Below are positions 36,285 to 46,130 of a stretch of 64,000 nucleotides of DNA, in pieces. The first letter of the stretch is position 1. Every line of letters begins with the position of its first letter. Under the pieces are notes generated by a model. The model saw nothing but the letters and a program-made list of their open reading frames with translations. It was not told where the DNA came from and ran no database searches. The stretch is taken from assembly GCA_944387915.1 (NCBI GenBank), contig CALXGT010000057.1, positions 9,990 through 73,989 on the forward strand, written 5' to 3'. The position numbers and the translations under genes are program-made. This DNA is from an uncultured Clostridia bacterium (lineage in GTDB: Bacteria; Bacillota; Clostridia; Oscillospirales; Ruminococcaceae).

Positions 36285-38999
36285 CTACTCCTTTTCGCTG
36301 TTTTCTTCCTGTGGGTTGTCTTCCGCCAAAGGTTCCGATGCTGTCGAAAGGTCCGATGTCCCCGAAGGCTGATCCTCGATGACGACGACTTCCGTATTGC
36401 CGCTTTCCGTCATGACCCGCTCTACATCCTCTTTGGAAAGTGTAACGGATGGATTTGCGTCTTTAGTCTCCTCGGTTTTCGGGATCTCCTCTCGAACAAA
36501 CGCCGGCTCCAAAGAAGCGTTTTCCGAAAGGCTGTCCGCCCAGTCTTTGACGGTACGGATATAGCTTTCCTCCGCCGAAAGAGCCTGGATCCGGCTCTCT
36601 ACATTCCGATGAAGAGGATTTGGTCTAAAAATTACCGCTTTTTCTTTTAAAATCAGTTTCACGGCGAGGAGGTACAAAATCAAAACCAAAAGCGCCCCCA
36701 ACGTGATCCAAAGTCCCAGCATCAATCCCGGCGTCTCGTAATGGAATTCGATTACCGCTTCCTCCGCCGGAACCTCTACCGCCATAAACCCGTTGTTGAC
36801 GTTTTCCACCGTCACCGGCTCCCCGTTAACGGTGGCGGTAAAGCCGCTTTCATATGGGACGCTGAAAAAGACAAGGGAGTCCTTTTCGAAATTACATGTG
36901 GCGGTAAACCCATCGGAACGGTAGGTGAAGCTGTCGCAGGAGAGCGCGTTTTTCTCTTCGGCGAGGGATAAGATCTCCTCGGCGTTTTTTTGAGGATACT
37001 CGTCCAAAGGAAGCTCGGTCAAAAGGTCCCCGTATTTTTCGATCTGCTCATTGGTAAGCATCACCGATTTCACCATCAAAAGATCTCTGCTTCTTTCGTA
37101 AAAGTCCTCGAAGTCCTCTTCGGTGCAATAATATTCGTAAGCAAATCCCATAGGCACAAACGCCAGATTTTCGTAAATGTCAAACCCATTTTCGGTGGCA
37201 ACATACTGGTAGTACGATGGGATCTGCTTTGCCGCGTCTTCATCCCCTTCATAGGAGAGAAGATACTTGACCGACGTGAGCACTCGAAGCCCTTCGTACT
37301 GCAAAGAGGGCCTCGACGCTACATTTCGGTCGTACCCGATGGAATCGTAAAAGGTAAAAATGGAACCGGAAACCACCGAATGGAAGGTCTGGATGGTGGG
37401 AAGAAGCCAAAACATAGGGAAATTATCCATGCACCACTCTTCCCCGTCGTTAAACATATCGATCCGGTAGAAGTTATCGGAATCCGCCTCAAGGAAACTA
37501 AACTTTTCAAGGCCGTCGATTCCCATATCCACTACTCGAGTATGGGAAAGAGAGCCTCCTTTTCCAAAGGACATCATCAAAATCGAGGTAAAAGCGATCA
37601 TAAAGGACAACGCCAAAGTCGTTGCCCGGAAAAAGAGCACCTTTTTATTTCTAAGCTTCAGCACCATCGCAAGGAGCGTCAATCCGGCCACTACAACAAA
37701 GAGATAGGAAAGCAGGCGGATGGGATATTCGATGAGCTGGCCGAACACCACCTCTCCATCTTCGTAGGATGGGAAAATGCCGATCAATCCGAACAGTATG
37801 ACCGGAATCAGGGTAAAGGTCATACCAAAGCGGAAATCCCGTTCGCTTGCTTCCTCCAACGCCTTGGCGGTGGCGAAAGCCATAATCAAAATAGGCATAT
37901 AAAACCAGCGGGCATAGTATGCGCTGTTGAAAGCGGAAAAAGCGCTGTTAAAGATGGGGACCAGCGCCAAAAGCAGACAAAGACGCAAAATGGTTTTCGC
38001 CCAGTGTTTTTTCTCTCTGCGGAAAAACGCCAATACCCCCGACAGCGAGACCATGGGCAAAAAGAGGGACACCGACGACCATTTGGCGTTGGAGTCAGGG
38101 AAAAGATTGGGATACGCGGGAACATCCGGCGGGAAAAAGAGGCTGGACAAAATTAAGCCGTAGCGTTGGACGTTTCCGTAAAAGATCCCGCTCCATCCCA
38201 AAAGGAACTGGCTGGTTCTCGGATTGCCCAAAATATAAAGAATAGACGGCGTCAACAGCACGGCGCCCAAAGCAAAACCGATTACCGCCTCAAAGCCCAA
38301 AAGGAAAAACCGGGGAAAGGTAAAGCGAAACTCTTTTCCTCTGACACAGCGGATGATGAAATAAATCACCACAAAAATGACTTCACCGAAAAAGAAGTAG
38401 TAGTTGACCACCGCGTTGAGCGCCACCGTCAATGCGAACAATCCCCGCCGCCCGTTGACCATAAACTCTTCCATGCCGATCAAAAGAAGGGGGAAAAAGG
38501 CGACGACCTCCAAAAAGTGGTTAAAGAAGATGTTGTAGATGCTGTAACCGGAAAAAGCGTATAAAAGCGCGCCCAGCAACGCATACCGGTCATCTTTGGT
38601 AAACCGCTTAATATAGCCAAACGAGGTCACCGCCGCCGTCGCCAGCTTTAAAATCAAAAGAGGCGCCATCAAATACGGCACCGCCTTTAGCGGAAACAGC
38701 AGCGTTAAATAGAAAAAGGGGTTGCCCAAAACATAAAAAGAATAGGAACCGATAAAATTCACACCAAGATCGGTATACCAGTTTAAGCCCCACTCCCCGT
38801 TTCGGATCGCTTCATGACACAGCCGGTAAAAAGGGATCTGCTGCACATTAAAGTCCCCGTAATAGATAAAATATCCCTTGTCCAAAATCAAAAACGGCAA
38901 GAAGATAACCGCGCCAATCGCCAAAGCGATAAGAAAAACCTTCCCATATCCGAACCGAAGTTCCATACGCCCCAGATAGTTTCCTTTCGTCTTTTCCAA
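36285..38999 (-). CDS. YfhO family polytopic membrane glycosyltransferase with an acidic C-terminal tail
   Basis: 904 aa. N-terminal ...FIYYGDFNVQQIPFY... typical of YfhO. About 13 TM segments, a large extracytoplasmic domain, a final TM segment, and an acidic disordered tail of about 130 aa. Confidence 0.85.
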   Translation of the reverse strand: MEKTKGNYLGRMELRFGYGKVFLIALAIGAVIFLPFLILDKGYFIYYGDFNVQQIPFYRLCHEAIRNGEWGLNWYTDLGVNFIGSYSFYVLGNPFFYLTLLFPLKAVPYLMAPLLILKLATAAVTSFGYIKRFTKDDRYALLGALLYAFSGYSIYNIFFNHFLEVVAFFPLLLIGMEEFMVNGRRGLFALTVALNAVVNYYFFFGEVIFVVIYFIIRCVRGKEFRFTFPRFFLLGFEAVIGFALGAVLLTPSILYILGNPRTSQFLLGWSGIFYGNVQRYGLILSSLFFPPDVPAYPNLFPDSNAKWSSVSLFLPMVSLSGVLAFFRREKKHWAKTILRLCLLLALVPIFNSAFSAFNSAYYARWFYMPILIMAFATAKALEEASERDFRFGMTFTLIPVILFGLIGIFPSYEDGEVVFGQLIEYPIRLLSYLFVVVAGLTLLAMVLKLRNKKVLFFRATTLALSFMIAFTSILMMSFGKGGSLSHTRVVDMGIDGLEKFSFLEADSDNFYRIDMFNDGEEWCMDNFPMFWLLPTIQTFHSVVSGSIFTFYDSIGYDRNVASRPSLQYEGLRVLTSVKYLLSYEGDEDAAKQIPSYYQYVATENGFDIYENLAFVPMGFAYEYYCTEEDFEDFYERSRDLLMVKSVMLTNEQIEKYGDLLTELPLDEYPQKNAEEILSLAEEKNALSCDSFTYRSDGFTATCNFEKDSLVFFSVPYESGFTATVNGEPVTVENVNNGFMAVEVPAEEAVIEFHYETPGLMLGLWITLGALLVLILYLLAVKLILKEKAVIFRPNPLHRNVESRIQALSAEESYIRTVKDWADSLSENASLEPAFVREEIPKTEETKDANPSVTLSKEDVERVMTESGNTEVVVIEDQPSGTSDLSTASEPLAEDNPQEENSEKE

Positions 39000-39211
39000 T
39001 CCAATCCCTCATTTTTACGACGTAACTCCGCCGATATTTTCTAACTTTTTCCTTACAACCAGGAACCTTCTAAAGTCAAACTGTTTAAAATACGAATTAT
39101 AGCGTAATTTTGTTACAAAAAAGGCAAAATTTCCCTTACAGTATACCATAAAACCAACGGATAGAAAAGAAAGAAATAAAGATTTAACAATTAGAATCTT
39201 TTCTTTTCGGA

Positions 39212-39240
39212 TAGACAAGCTTTTTCTTTTTTGCTACAAT
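39212..39240 (+). promoter_or_regulatory. Sigma-A-type promoter for the HD-domain gene / pepD
   Basis: TAGACA, 17 nt spacer, TACAAT. Confidence 0.4.
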
Positions 39241-39259
39241 AAGGCGAGGGGGCGATTTT

Positions 39260-39850
39260 TTGGAAAACAGTTTCTTTGCGCTGCTGCTTCGAATGAAGTA
39301 TATCGACCGATGGGGACTGATGCGCAACACTTTTAGCGATAATTTGGCGGAACACAGTTTAGAAACCGCCGTGATCGCTTACCAGCTTTGCCTGATTGGA
39401 AACCTTTGCTTTCAAAAGAATCTGGATGCGAACCGGTGCGCCGTGCTGGCGCTGTTCCATGACGCTTCGGAAATCATTACCGGCGATATGCCCACACCGG
39501 TCAAATACGGCGATCCTATGCTAAAAGAAACCTACAAGGCGATGGAGAAACGAGCGATGGAAACCCTTCTAAGCCATATTTCTCCCCCGTTTCGGGAACA
39601 CTATCAAGACATTCTTCTTCCCAAAGAAAACGACATTCCCCTGCTTGCCTATCTCAAGGCCGCCGATAAACTTTCGGCGCTCATCAAATGCCTTTTGGAA
39701 ACGGAAAACGGAAACCGGGAGTTTTCCGGCGCGCTGCGTTCCCAGAAAGAAGCACTCAAAGCGATGAATTTGCCGGAAGTCGATTATTTCATCAAACAGT
39801 TTATTCCCCCGTTTTTAAAAACGCTGGACGAACAAAAAAACGAACTATAA
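39260..39850 (+). CDS. HD-domain 5'-deoxynucleotidase (YfbR-like)
   Basis: FFALLLRMKYIDRWGLMRN...ENLAEHSLETAVIA..., HDASEIITGDMPTP. TTG start behind GAGGGGG. Confidence 0.85.
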   Translation: MENSFFALLLRMKYIDRWGLMRNTFSDNLAEHSLETAVIAYQLCLIGNLCFQKNLDANRCAVLALFHDASEIITGDMPTPVKYGDPMLKETYKAMEKRAMETLLSHISPPFREHYQDILLPKENDIPLLAYLKAADKLSALIKCLLETENGNREFSGALRSQKEALKAMNLPEVDYFIKQFIPPFLKTLDEQKNEL

Positions 39851-39862
39851 GGAGATGTTCCT

Positions 39863-41308
39863 ATGAGTCAATGGGTCAACGATTACGAGCCGGAAGCGTT
39901 TTTCCGGTATTTCGAGGAGATTACCGCGATCCCCCGTGGATCGGGGAATGAAAAAGGAATCGCCGATTATCTAAAAGCCTTTGCGAAAAACCAAGGGCTT
40001 TCCTGCTATCGGGACGACGTCCATAATGTACTGATTACCAAAGCCGGTCAAAACGGCGGTGAAAACAAAAAGCCGGTGATGCTGCAAGGGCATACCGATA
40101 TGGTTTGCGAAAAAAACGCCGATGTAGTCCATAATTTCGAGACCGATCCCATCCCCCTCTACCGGGACGGCGAGTACCTTCGGGCAAAAGGCACTACCTT
40201 AGGCGCCGATGACGGCGTCGCGGTGGCCATGATGCTAACGCTTTTAAGCGACAAAACCATCAACCATCCTCCCCTGGAGTGCCTGTTCACCGTCCAGGAG
40301 GAGACCGGGCTTATCGGCGCTACCCATTTCGATTTTTCCAAAACCAAGGCTAACCGTCTCATCAATCTGGATGCGGAACCAGAGGGAACCATGCTCATCA
40401 GCTGCGCCGGCGGCATGCGCTGCCGGCTTCGAAAAGACGGCGTCCGCCAAGGGGAAGCCCAACCTGCCGCCGTGATCCAAATTCGCGGCTTGATGGGCGG
40501 CCACTCGGGATCCTGTATCAATGAAAACCGGAAAAACGCCAATATTTTGATGGGACGGGTACTTTCCGCGCTGCGCCGTTTTGTTGCTTTTAAAATTGTG
40601 TCTCTTAACGGGGGAAGCAAGGATAACGCCATCCCCAGAGAGTGCGACGCGGTCGTTTGTCTTTCCGATTTTGAACAGGCGAAGACGGTGATAGACCGAC
40701 TTGCAGAAGAAATTACCTCCGAGGTCTCCCAATTGGATCAAAACTTCTCTCTCACGATACAAAAAGCGCCGGACGGCGTCCCCTTTGACCGGGAAACTAC
40801 TGAGGATCTTATCGACTGCCTGACCCTGGCGCCAAACGGCGTCGTCGCTATGAGCGCCCATATCGATGGGTTAGTGGAAACCTCTTTGAATTTCGGCGTA
40901 ATACAAACCGAAGGCGATACGGTAAAATTGACCTTCTCTCCCCGCTCCTCTTCGGAAGGAAGCCAAAACGCCACCGAGGAAAAGCTGAAAACCCTGGCGA
41001 GACGCTGCGGTTTTTCCTTCTCTTCGGACAGCCGTTATCCCGGCTGGGCGTACAACCCCCATTCCAAGCTGAGAGAGATCGCGAAGGAATGCTACCAAAA
41101 ACGGTTTGGTAAAGAAATGAATGTGGAAGCCATCCACGCCGGTCTGGAGTGCGGTCTCTTTATGGAAAAGCGGCCGACTTTGGATATTATTGCTACCGGC
41201 GGCACCGCTTTGGAGATCCATACGCCGGATGAATGCTTAGAGATCGCATCATGCGAACGGCTCTACCTCTGGTTAAAGGATGTGCTGGCGGCTCTTCCCG
41301 AGGAATAA
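39863..41308 (+). CDS. pepD: Aminoacyl-histidine dipeptidase (PepD, M20C)
   Basis: FFRYFEEITAIPRGSGNEK, LQGHTDMV, GTTLGADDG, QEETGL motifs. Confidence 0.9.
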   Translation: MSQWVNDYEPEAFFRYFEEITAIPRGSGNEKGIADYLKAFAKNQGLSCYRDDVHNVLITKAGQNGGENKKPVMLQGHTDMVCEKNADVVHNFETDPIPLYRDGEYLRAKGTTLGADDGVAVAMMLTLLSDKTINHPPLECLFTVQEETGLIGATHFDFSKTKANRLINLDAEPEGTMLISCAGGMRCRLRKDGVRQGEAQPAAVIQIRGLMGGHSGSCINENRKNANILMGRVLSALRRFVAFKIVSLNGGSKDNAIPRECDAVVCLSDFEQAKTVIDRLAEEITSEVSQLDQNFSLTIQKAPDGVPFDRETTEDLIDCLTLAPNGVVAMSAHIDGLVETSLNFGVIQTEGDTVKLTFSPRSSSEGSQNATEEKLKTLARRCGFSFSSDSRYPGWAYNPHSKLREIAKECYQKRFGKEMNVEAIHAGLECGLFMEKRPTLDIIATGGTALEIHTPDECLEIASCERLYLWLKDVLAALPEE

Positions 41309-41311
41309 AAG

Positions 41312-41350
41312 AAAAAAGAGTGTAAGGTCATTTACTTTACACTCTTTTTC
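41312..41350. terminator. Bidirectional terminator between the convergent pepD and SleB-like genes
   Basis: A-run, agagtgtaa ... ttacactct, T-run. Confidence 0.7.
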
Positions 41351-41354
41351 ATTT

Positions 41355-41888
41355 CTACAGAGTAAAGAAACGATGCCCTTCCATCTCGAAGCAAAAAGAC
41401 AATCGATTCTCAAACCAGTTCGCCGCGGAACCAACCGCCCATTTGGGCGCGTAGAAGAACATAGCGTTTTGAGAGAGGTCCGGCGTCGTACCGCTTAAAA
41501 CCTCGGCGACAGCCTGTTTGGTATCGGCATCCGGCGGATAATTTCTCTGGTAGTAGTTTTCGATAGAGCAAAATTGGTTTTTCTGGGTCAACACCTCGGC
41601 GATGGTATCTGGAAAGGCGTTCGACTTTACACGATTGAGAATTACATACGCGATAATCCGTTTATGCTCTATCGACGCTCCGCGCACTTCCTGCTGAACC
41701 ACGTACTCCATCATTGTCCGTTCTTCCTCGGTGTAAGCCACCGTAGGTGCGGCGACCGTTTCTACTTTCGGACGACGTTCGGCAAAAATGTATCCTGCCT
41801 TTACTGCGCTTTTTAATCCTGCGGCGGACGCTTCCCCGCCAAACAACAAAAAAGACGCCAGCAAAAAACACAAGAATTTTCGATACAA
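41355..41888 (-). CDS. Cell wall hydrolase, SleB/Hydrolase_2 family, with signal peptide
   Basis: ...VILNRVKSNAFPDTIAEVLTQKNQFCS... is typical of the SleB catalytic domain. Confidence 0.8.
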   Translation of the reverse strand: MYRKFLCFLLASFLLFGGEASAAGLKSAVKAGYIFAERRPKVETVAAPTVAYTEEERTMMEYVVQQEVRGASIEHKRIIAYVILNRVKSNAFPDTIAEVLTQKNQFCSIENYYQRNYPPDADTKQAVAEVLSGTTPDLSQNAMFFYAPKWAVGSAANWFENRLSFCFEMEGHRFFTL

Positions 41889-41961
41889 AATCCTTCCCCC
41901 TTTTCTTTTTAGAAAGTATTCACAAAAAAGGAGGATTTATACCATTTCTCCCGAAATAGAC

Positions 41962-41997
41962 AAACCCGGAGGCAGTAAATCCTGTCTCCGGGTTTTT
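41962..41997. terminator. Hairpin terminator at the distal end of the esterase array
   Basis: aaacccggag ... ctccgggttt, a 10-bp stem, with T-rich flanks on both strands. Confidence 0.6.
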
Positions 41998-42019
41998 ACT
42001 ATGGATGATTGGGACAAAA

Positions 42020-42823
42020 TTACGCTTCGTCCGGATAGATAACACTATGCCGGATGGGAAGCCAATGATTCAGCGCTTTACGCAAAGTCAGATCCCAGAA
42101 ATCCCACTCATGCTTGTAACCGGGCACCGCTTCAAAATGGACCTTGCAGCCAAGGCCGATCATATGCTGCGCCGTTGTAGTGGAATCAGGGTAAGCACCT
42201 TCATCGGCGGTGCCCACAGTAAAGAAGAACTCCGGCATATCCTTGCCCGCTTTGACCTGGGTCACTGCGTAATTCCACGGATCGTTGATGCCGTTGGGAT
42301 CCGCGCCGAATTTAGGCTCGGGAGAACGCTCTTTTCCGCCGTTGGCGTTGGGACCCCGTCCGCCGCCGGACATACAAAGCGCCGCCGCGTACCGTTCGGG
42401 ATAGGTCACCGCTAACTTATATGTACCCATCGCGCCCATGGAAAGGCCCGCTACAAAGTTATCCTCTCTTTTATCCGAGAAGGGGAAGATCGCCCGGCAC
42501 ATTTTCGGAAGCTCATCGGCAACAAATTCAAAGTATTTCGCGCCGTTGGGATCATCGGTGTAGCTGGCGTTGTAGTCAGCAGGCATAACCACCGCGATCT
42601 TGTTATCGTCCGCGTAACGGGTGATATTGGAGAAGTGAAGATAATCGCTGTCGTCGCCGGTTCCGCCATGCAACAGCCACAAAACCTGGTACTTCATCCC
42701 CGGTACATAAACGTCTTTTCTCCCCGACATAATGTCGGCAAAGCTAAACGACGGCAGACAAACAGTGATATTGGTCTGCATCCCAAGGGTTTGGGAAAGG
42801 AAATTCATTTTAATGACTGCCAT
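42020..42823 (-). CDS. EstA-like serine esterase (PF00756-type putative esterase / esterase D family), array copy 1
   Basis: GLSMG nucleophile elbow, GTAD acid candidate, GYKHEW His motif. No signal peptide. Confidence 0.85.
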   Translation of the reverse strand: MAVIKMNFLSQTLGMQTNITVCLPSFSFADIMSGRKDVYVPGMKYQVLWLLHGGTGDDSDYLHFSNITRYADDNKIAVVMPADYNASYTDDPNGAKYFEFVADELPKMCRAIFPFSDKREDNFVAGLSMGAMGTYKLAVTYPERYAAALCMSGGGRGPNANGGKERSPEPKFGADPNGINDPWNYAVTQVKAGKDMPEFFFTVGTADEGAYPDSTTTAQHMIGLGCKVHFEAVPGYKHEWDFWDLTLRKALNHWLPIRHSVIYPDEA

Positions 42824-42857
42824 AAAACAATGTCCTCCTTTAATTCAAATCAAATGA

Positions 42858-43661
42858 TTATTTCGTTTCATCGGGATAAATGACACTGTGGCGGATGGGG
42901 AGCCATTCTTTAATCACCTTGCGCAGCGTCAAATCCCAGAAATCCCACTCGTGGCCGTAACCCGGCACTTCCTCATAGGTCAGCTCGTAGCCCAAGCCTT
43001 CCATATACTCCCGACAAGCACGAACGCTCTCCAGCACAAAATCCTTGTCACCGGCGGTAATATAAAACTTCGGAACCTGAACGCCGTTTTCCTTATTCCT
43101 TTTTGCCGCCGCCCATGCGTCTTCCGGAGAACCGGGCTCCGGCAGGATCCGTTTGGTTCCCAATTTGGAGACCTTTCCCGTTTTCGCGGGATCGCCTCCG
43201 GCGCCGCTCATGCAGACTGCCGCCGCATACAGATCGGGACGAAGCATCGCGCACTTAAAGGTCCCGGCGCCGCCCATGGAAAGGCCGGCGACAAAGTTAT
43301 CCTCTCTCTTATCCGAAAAGGGAAAAATGGACCGGCACATTGTGGGAAGCTCTTCGGTAACAAAGGTAAAATATTTGGCGCCATCGGGGTCATCCGCGTA
43401 AAAATGGTTGTAATCACACGGCATTACCACCGCCAATTTATGGTCGTCCGCATAGCGGGTAATGTTGGAGAAATTAACGTAGTCGCTGTCGTCTCCGCTT
43501 CCTCCATGCAGGAGCCATAAAACCTGGTACTTCATTCCCGGTACGTAAACGTCCTTTCTTCCCGCCATAATGTCGGCGAAGCTGAAAGAAGGCAGACAAA
43601 TGGTCACATTGGTCTGCATCCCAAGCGCCTGGGAAAGAAAGTTCATCTTAATGACTGCCAT
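42858..43661 (-). CDS. EstA-like serine esterase, array copy 2
   Basis: GLSMG, AGDKDF, GYGHEW. No signal peptide. Confidence 0.85.
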   Translation of the reverse strand: MAVIKMNFLSQALGMQTNVTICLPSFSFADIMAGRKDVYVPGMKYQVLWLLHGGSGDDSDYVNFSNITRYADDHKLAVVMPCDYNHFYADDPDGAKYFTFVTEELPTMCRSIFPFSDKREDNFVAGLSMGGAGTFKCAMLRPDLYAAAVCMSGAGGDPAKTGKVSKLGTKRILPEPGSPEDAWAAAKRNKENGVQVPKFYITAGDKDFVLESVRACREYMEGLGYELTYEEVPGYGHEWDFWDLTLRKVIKEWLPIRHSVIYPDETK

Positions 43662-43669
43662 AGTTCCTC

Positions 43670-44458
43670 CTATTTGGCCTCATCCGGATAGATAACGCTG
43701 TGACGAATGGGAAGCCATTCATTCAACGCCTTGCGCAGGGTCAGATCCCAGAAATCCCACTCATGGCCGTAACCCGGTACTTCTTCTTCAAACACATCGT
43801 AACCGATCTCTTTTAAGATCTTGCAGGTGTCCTTATGATTATCCCGGACAAAATCCTTATCGCCCCAGCTCATAAAGAACTTGGGAACAGGAACGCCTTT
43901 GGCGATATTCTCTTTCGCCGCCGCCACGTTGGCGTCGGTAACCGCGTTTTCCTTTTCGCTGCGCTTACGGCCGTTATTTGCTTCCACCTTGCTTACCGAA
44001 CCGCCGGACATACCAAGTACCGCCGCGTATTTCTCCGGATATTTCAGCGCGATCTTCTGGCAACCCGCGGAACCCATAGAAAGACCGCCGATGAAGTTAT
44101 CCTCTCTCTTGTCCGAGAAGGGGAAAATCGCCTGGCACATTTTGGGAAGCTCTTCCGCGACAAAGGTCATAAACTTGCCATGCTCATTGTCCGCGTATCC
44201 CATATTGTAGTCGGCAGGCATAACCACCGCGATCTTGTTGTCGTCCGCATAACGAGTGATGTTGGAAAAATGAAGGTAGTCGCTGTCATCGCCGCTGCCG
44301 CCATGTAAGAGCCACAGTACCTGATACTTCATTCCCGGTACATAAACGTCTTTTCTGCCCGACATAATGTCAGCAAAGCTGAACGACGGAAGACAGATCG
44401 TTACGTTGGTCTGCATCCCAAGACATTGGGAAAGAAAATTCATTTTGATTACTGCCAT
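43670..44458 (-). CDS. EstA-like serine esterase, array copy 3
   Basis: GLSMG, WGDKDF, GYGHEW. Its stop TAG overlaps the SD of copy 2. Confidence 0.85.
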   Translation of the reverse strand: MAVIKMNFLSQCLGMQTNVTICLPSFSFADIMSGRKDVYVPGMKYQVLWLLHGGSGDDSDYLHFSNITRYADDNKIAVVMPADYNMGYADNEHGKFMTFVAEELPKMCQAIFPFSDKREDNFIGGLSMGSAGCQKIALKYPEKYAAVLGMSGGSVSKVEANNGRKRSEKENAVTDANVAAAKENIAKGVPVPKFFMSWGDKDFVRDNHKDTCKILKEIGYDVFEEEVPGYGHEWDFWDLTLRKALNEWLPIRHSVIYPDEAK

Positions 44459-44492
44459 AAATTAATTCCTCCTTGATATTGACAATCTATAA

Positions 44493-45296
44493 TTATTCCT
44501 TTTCATCCGGATAGATGATACTATGACGAATGGGGAGCCATTCATTCAACGCTTTCCGAAGGGTCAAATCCCAGAAATCCCACTCATGGCCGTAGCCCGG
44601 CACTTCCTCTTCGAAAACATCATACCCCAGCTCCCGCAAAAAATCGGTAGACCGTTTATGCGCTTCCCGGACATCATGATCATTCTCGCCCCAGGTCATA
44701 AAAAATTTCGGCGTCTGCACCCCCTCTCTGATCCATTTTTCAGCAAGCAACCTGCTTTCTTCCATTTGGCCTTCTTTTCTCGGCGACATCGGTATTCCGA
44801 GATTCAGCTGATTTCCGCCCGGCTTTTCCCAAAAGCCGCCTCTGGACATCGCCAGCACCGCAGCGTAATTTTGAGGATAGCGAATAGCGATCTTCTGGCA
44901 CCCGTCAGACCCCATAGAAAGACCGCCGATAAAATTATCCTCTCTCTTGTCCGAAAAAGGAAAAATTGCCCGGCACATCCTGGGAAGCTCTTCCGCCACA
45001 TAGGTCATAAACTTGCCGTGCTCCCAGTCTGTATACGCCATATTGTAATTTGCCGGCATAACCACCGCAATCTTGTTGTCGTCCGCATAACGGGTGATGT
45101 TGGAGAAATTCAAGTAATCGCTGTCATCGCCGCTTCCGCCATGCAAAAGCCACAATACCTGGTACTTCATCCCCGGTACATAAACGTCCTTTCTCCCCGA
45201 CATAATGTCGGCGAAGCTAAACGACGGCAGACAAATGGTCACATTGGTCTGCATCCCAAGGCATTGGGAAAGGAAATTCATTTTAATAACTGCCAT
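44493..45296 (-). CDS. EstA-like serine esterase, array copy 4
   Basis: GLSMG, WGENDHD, GYGHEW. Confidence 0.85.
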   Translation of the reverse strand: MAVIKMNFLSQCLGMQTNVTICLPSFSFADIMSGRKDVYVPGMKYQVLWLLHGGSGDDSDYLNFSNITRYADDNKIAVVMPANYNMAYTDWEHGKFMTYVAEELPRMCRAIFPFSDKREDNFIGGLSMGSDGCQKIAIRYPQNYAAVLAMSRGGFWEKPGGNQLNLGIPMSPRKEGQMEESRLLAEKWIREGVQTPKFFMTWGENDHDVREAHKRSTDFLRELGYDVFEEEVPGYGHEWDFWDLTLRKALNEWLPIRHSIIYPDEKE

Positions 45297-45329
45297 AAAG
45301 TAAATTCCTCCTTATACTTTAACAAAAAA

Positions 45330-46130
45330 TTATTTTACATCTTCCGGATAGATGACACTATGACGAATGGGGAGCCATTCATTCAACGCTTTCCGAAGGG
45401 TCAAATCCCAGAAATCCCACTCATGGGCATACCCTGGAACTACCTCTTCGAAAACATCATAACCCAACTCCCGCAAAAAATCGGTAGACCGTTTATGCGC
45501 TTCCCGGACATGATCATTCTCGCCCCAGGTCATAAAAAATTTCGGCGTCTGCACCCCCTCTCTGATCCATTTTTCAGCAAGCAACCTGCTTTCTTCCATT
45601 TGGCCTTCTTTTCTCGGCGGCATCGGTATTCCGAGATTCAGCTGATTTCCGCCCGGCTTTTCCCAAAAGCCGCCTCCGGACATCGCCAGCACCGCAGCGT
45701 AATTTTGAGGATAGCGAATAGCGATCTTCTGGCACCCGCCAGACCCCATAGAAAGACCGCCGATAAAATTATCCTCTCTCTTGTCCGAGAAGGGGAAAAT
45801 CGCCCGGCACATCTTCGGAAGCTCCTCCGCGACATAGGTCATAAACTTTCCGTAATCGTTATCCGTATAGCTCATGTTGTAATCGGCGGGCATTACCACC
45901 GCGATTTTGTTGTCATCAGCATAGCGGGTGATGTTGGAAAAATTGAGATAGTCGCTGTCGTCTCCGCTTCCCCCGTGCAAAAGCCATAAAACCTGGTACT
46001 TCATTCCCGGTACGTAAACGTCTTTTCTTCCCGACATAATGTCGGCAAAACTAAACGACGGCAGGCAAATGGTTACGTTGGTCTGCATCCCAAGGCACTG
46101 GGACAGGAAATTCATCTTAATGACTGCCAT
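45330..46130 (-). CDS. EstA-like serine esterase, array copy 5 (first gene of the array)
   Basis: GLSMG, WGENDH, GYAHEW. ATG 46130 lies behind AAGGAG (the track ORF is 3 codons longer). Confidence 0.85.
   Translation of the reverse strand: MAVIKMNFLSQCLGMQTNVTICLPSFSFADIMSGRKDVYVPGMKYQVLWLLHGGSGDDSDYLNFSNITRYADDNKIAVVMPADYNMSYTDNDYGKFMTYVAEELPKMCRAIFPFSDKREDNFIGGLSMGSGGCQKIAIRYPQNYAAVLAMSGGGFWEKPGGNQLNLGIPMPPRKEGQMEESRLLAEKWIREGVQTPKFFMTWGENDHVREAHKRSTDFLRELGYDVFEEVVPGYAHEWDFWDLTLRKALNEWLPIRHSVIYPEDVK

Larger units (their letters stand above)
42020..46130 (-). repeat. Tandem array of five paralogous esterase genes (period about 835 bp)
   Basis: Five co-oriented 262-267 aa ORFs, all starting MAVIKMNFLSQ.LGMQTN.T.CLPSFSFADIM.GRKDVYVPGMKYQVLWLLHGG and ending HEWDFWDLTLRK...WLPIRHS.IYP. 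Gaps are 8-34 nt, each with its own GGAGG. Confidence 0.95.

Noticed and set aside
44523-45989. 488-aa plus-strand ORF spanning two esterase genes, the longest unexplained ORF in the array
   Set aside because: It is antisense to esterase copies 4 and 5, and its sequence is itself internally repeated because the template is repeated. It has no RBS or recognisable motifs. The sense-strand genes have clear catalytic motifs and SDs. It is an artefact of stop-poor antisense frames.
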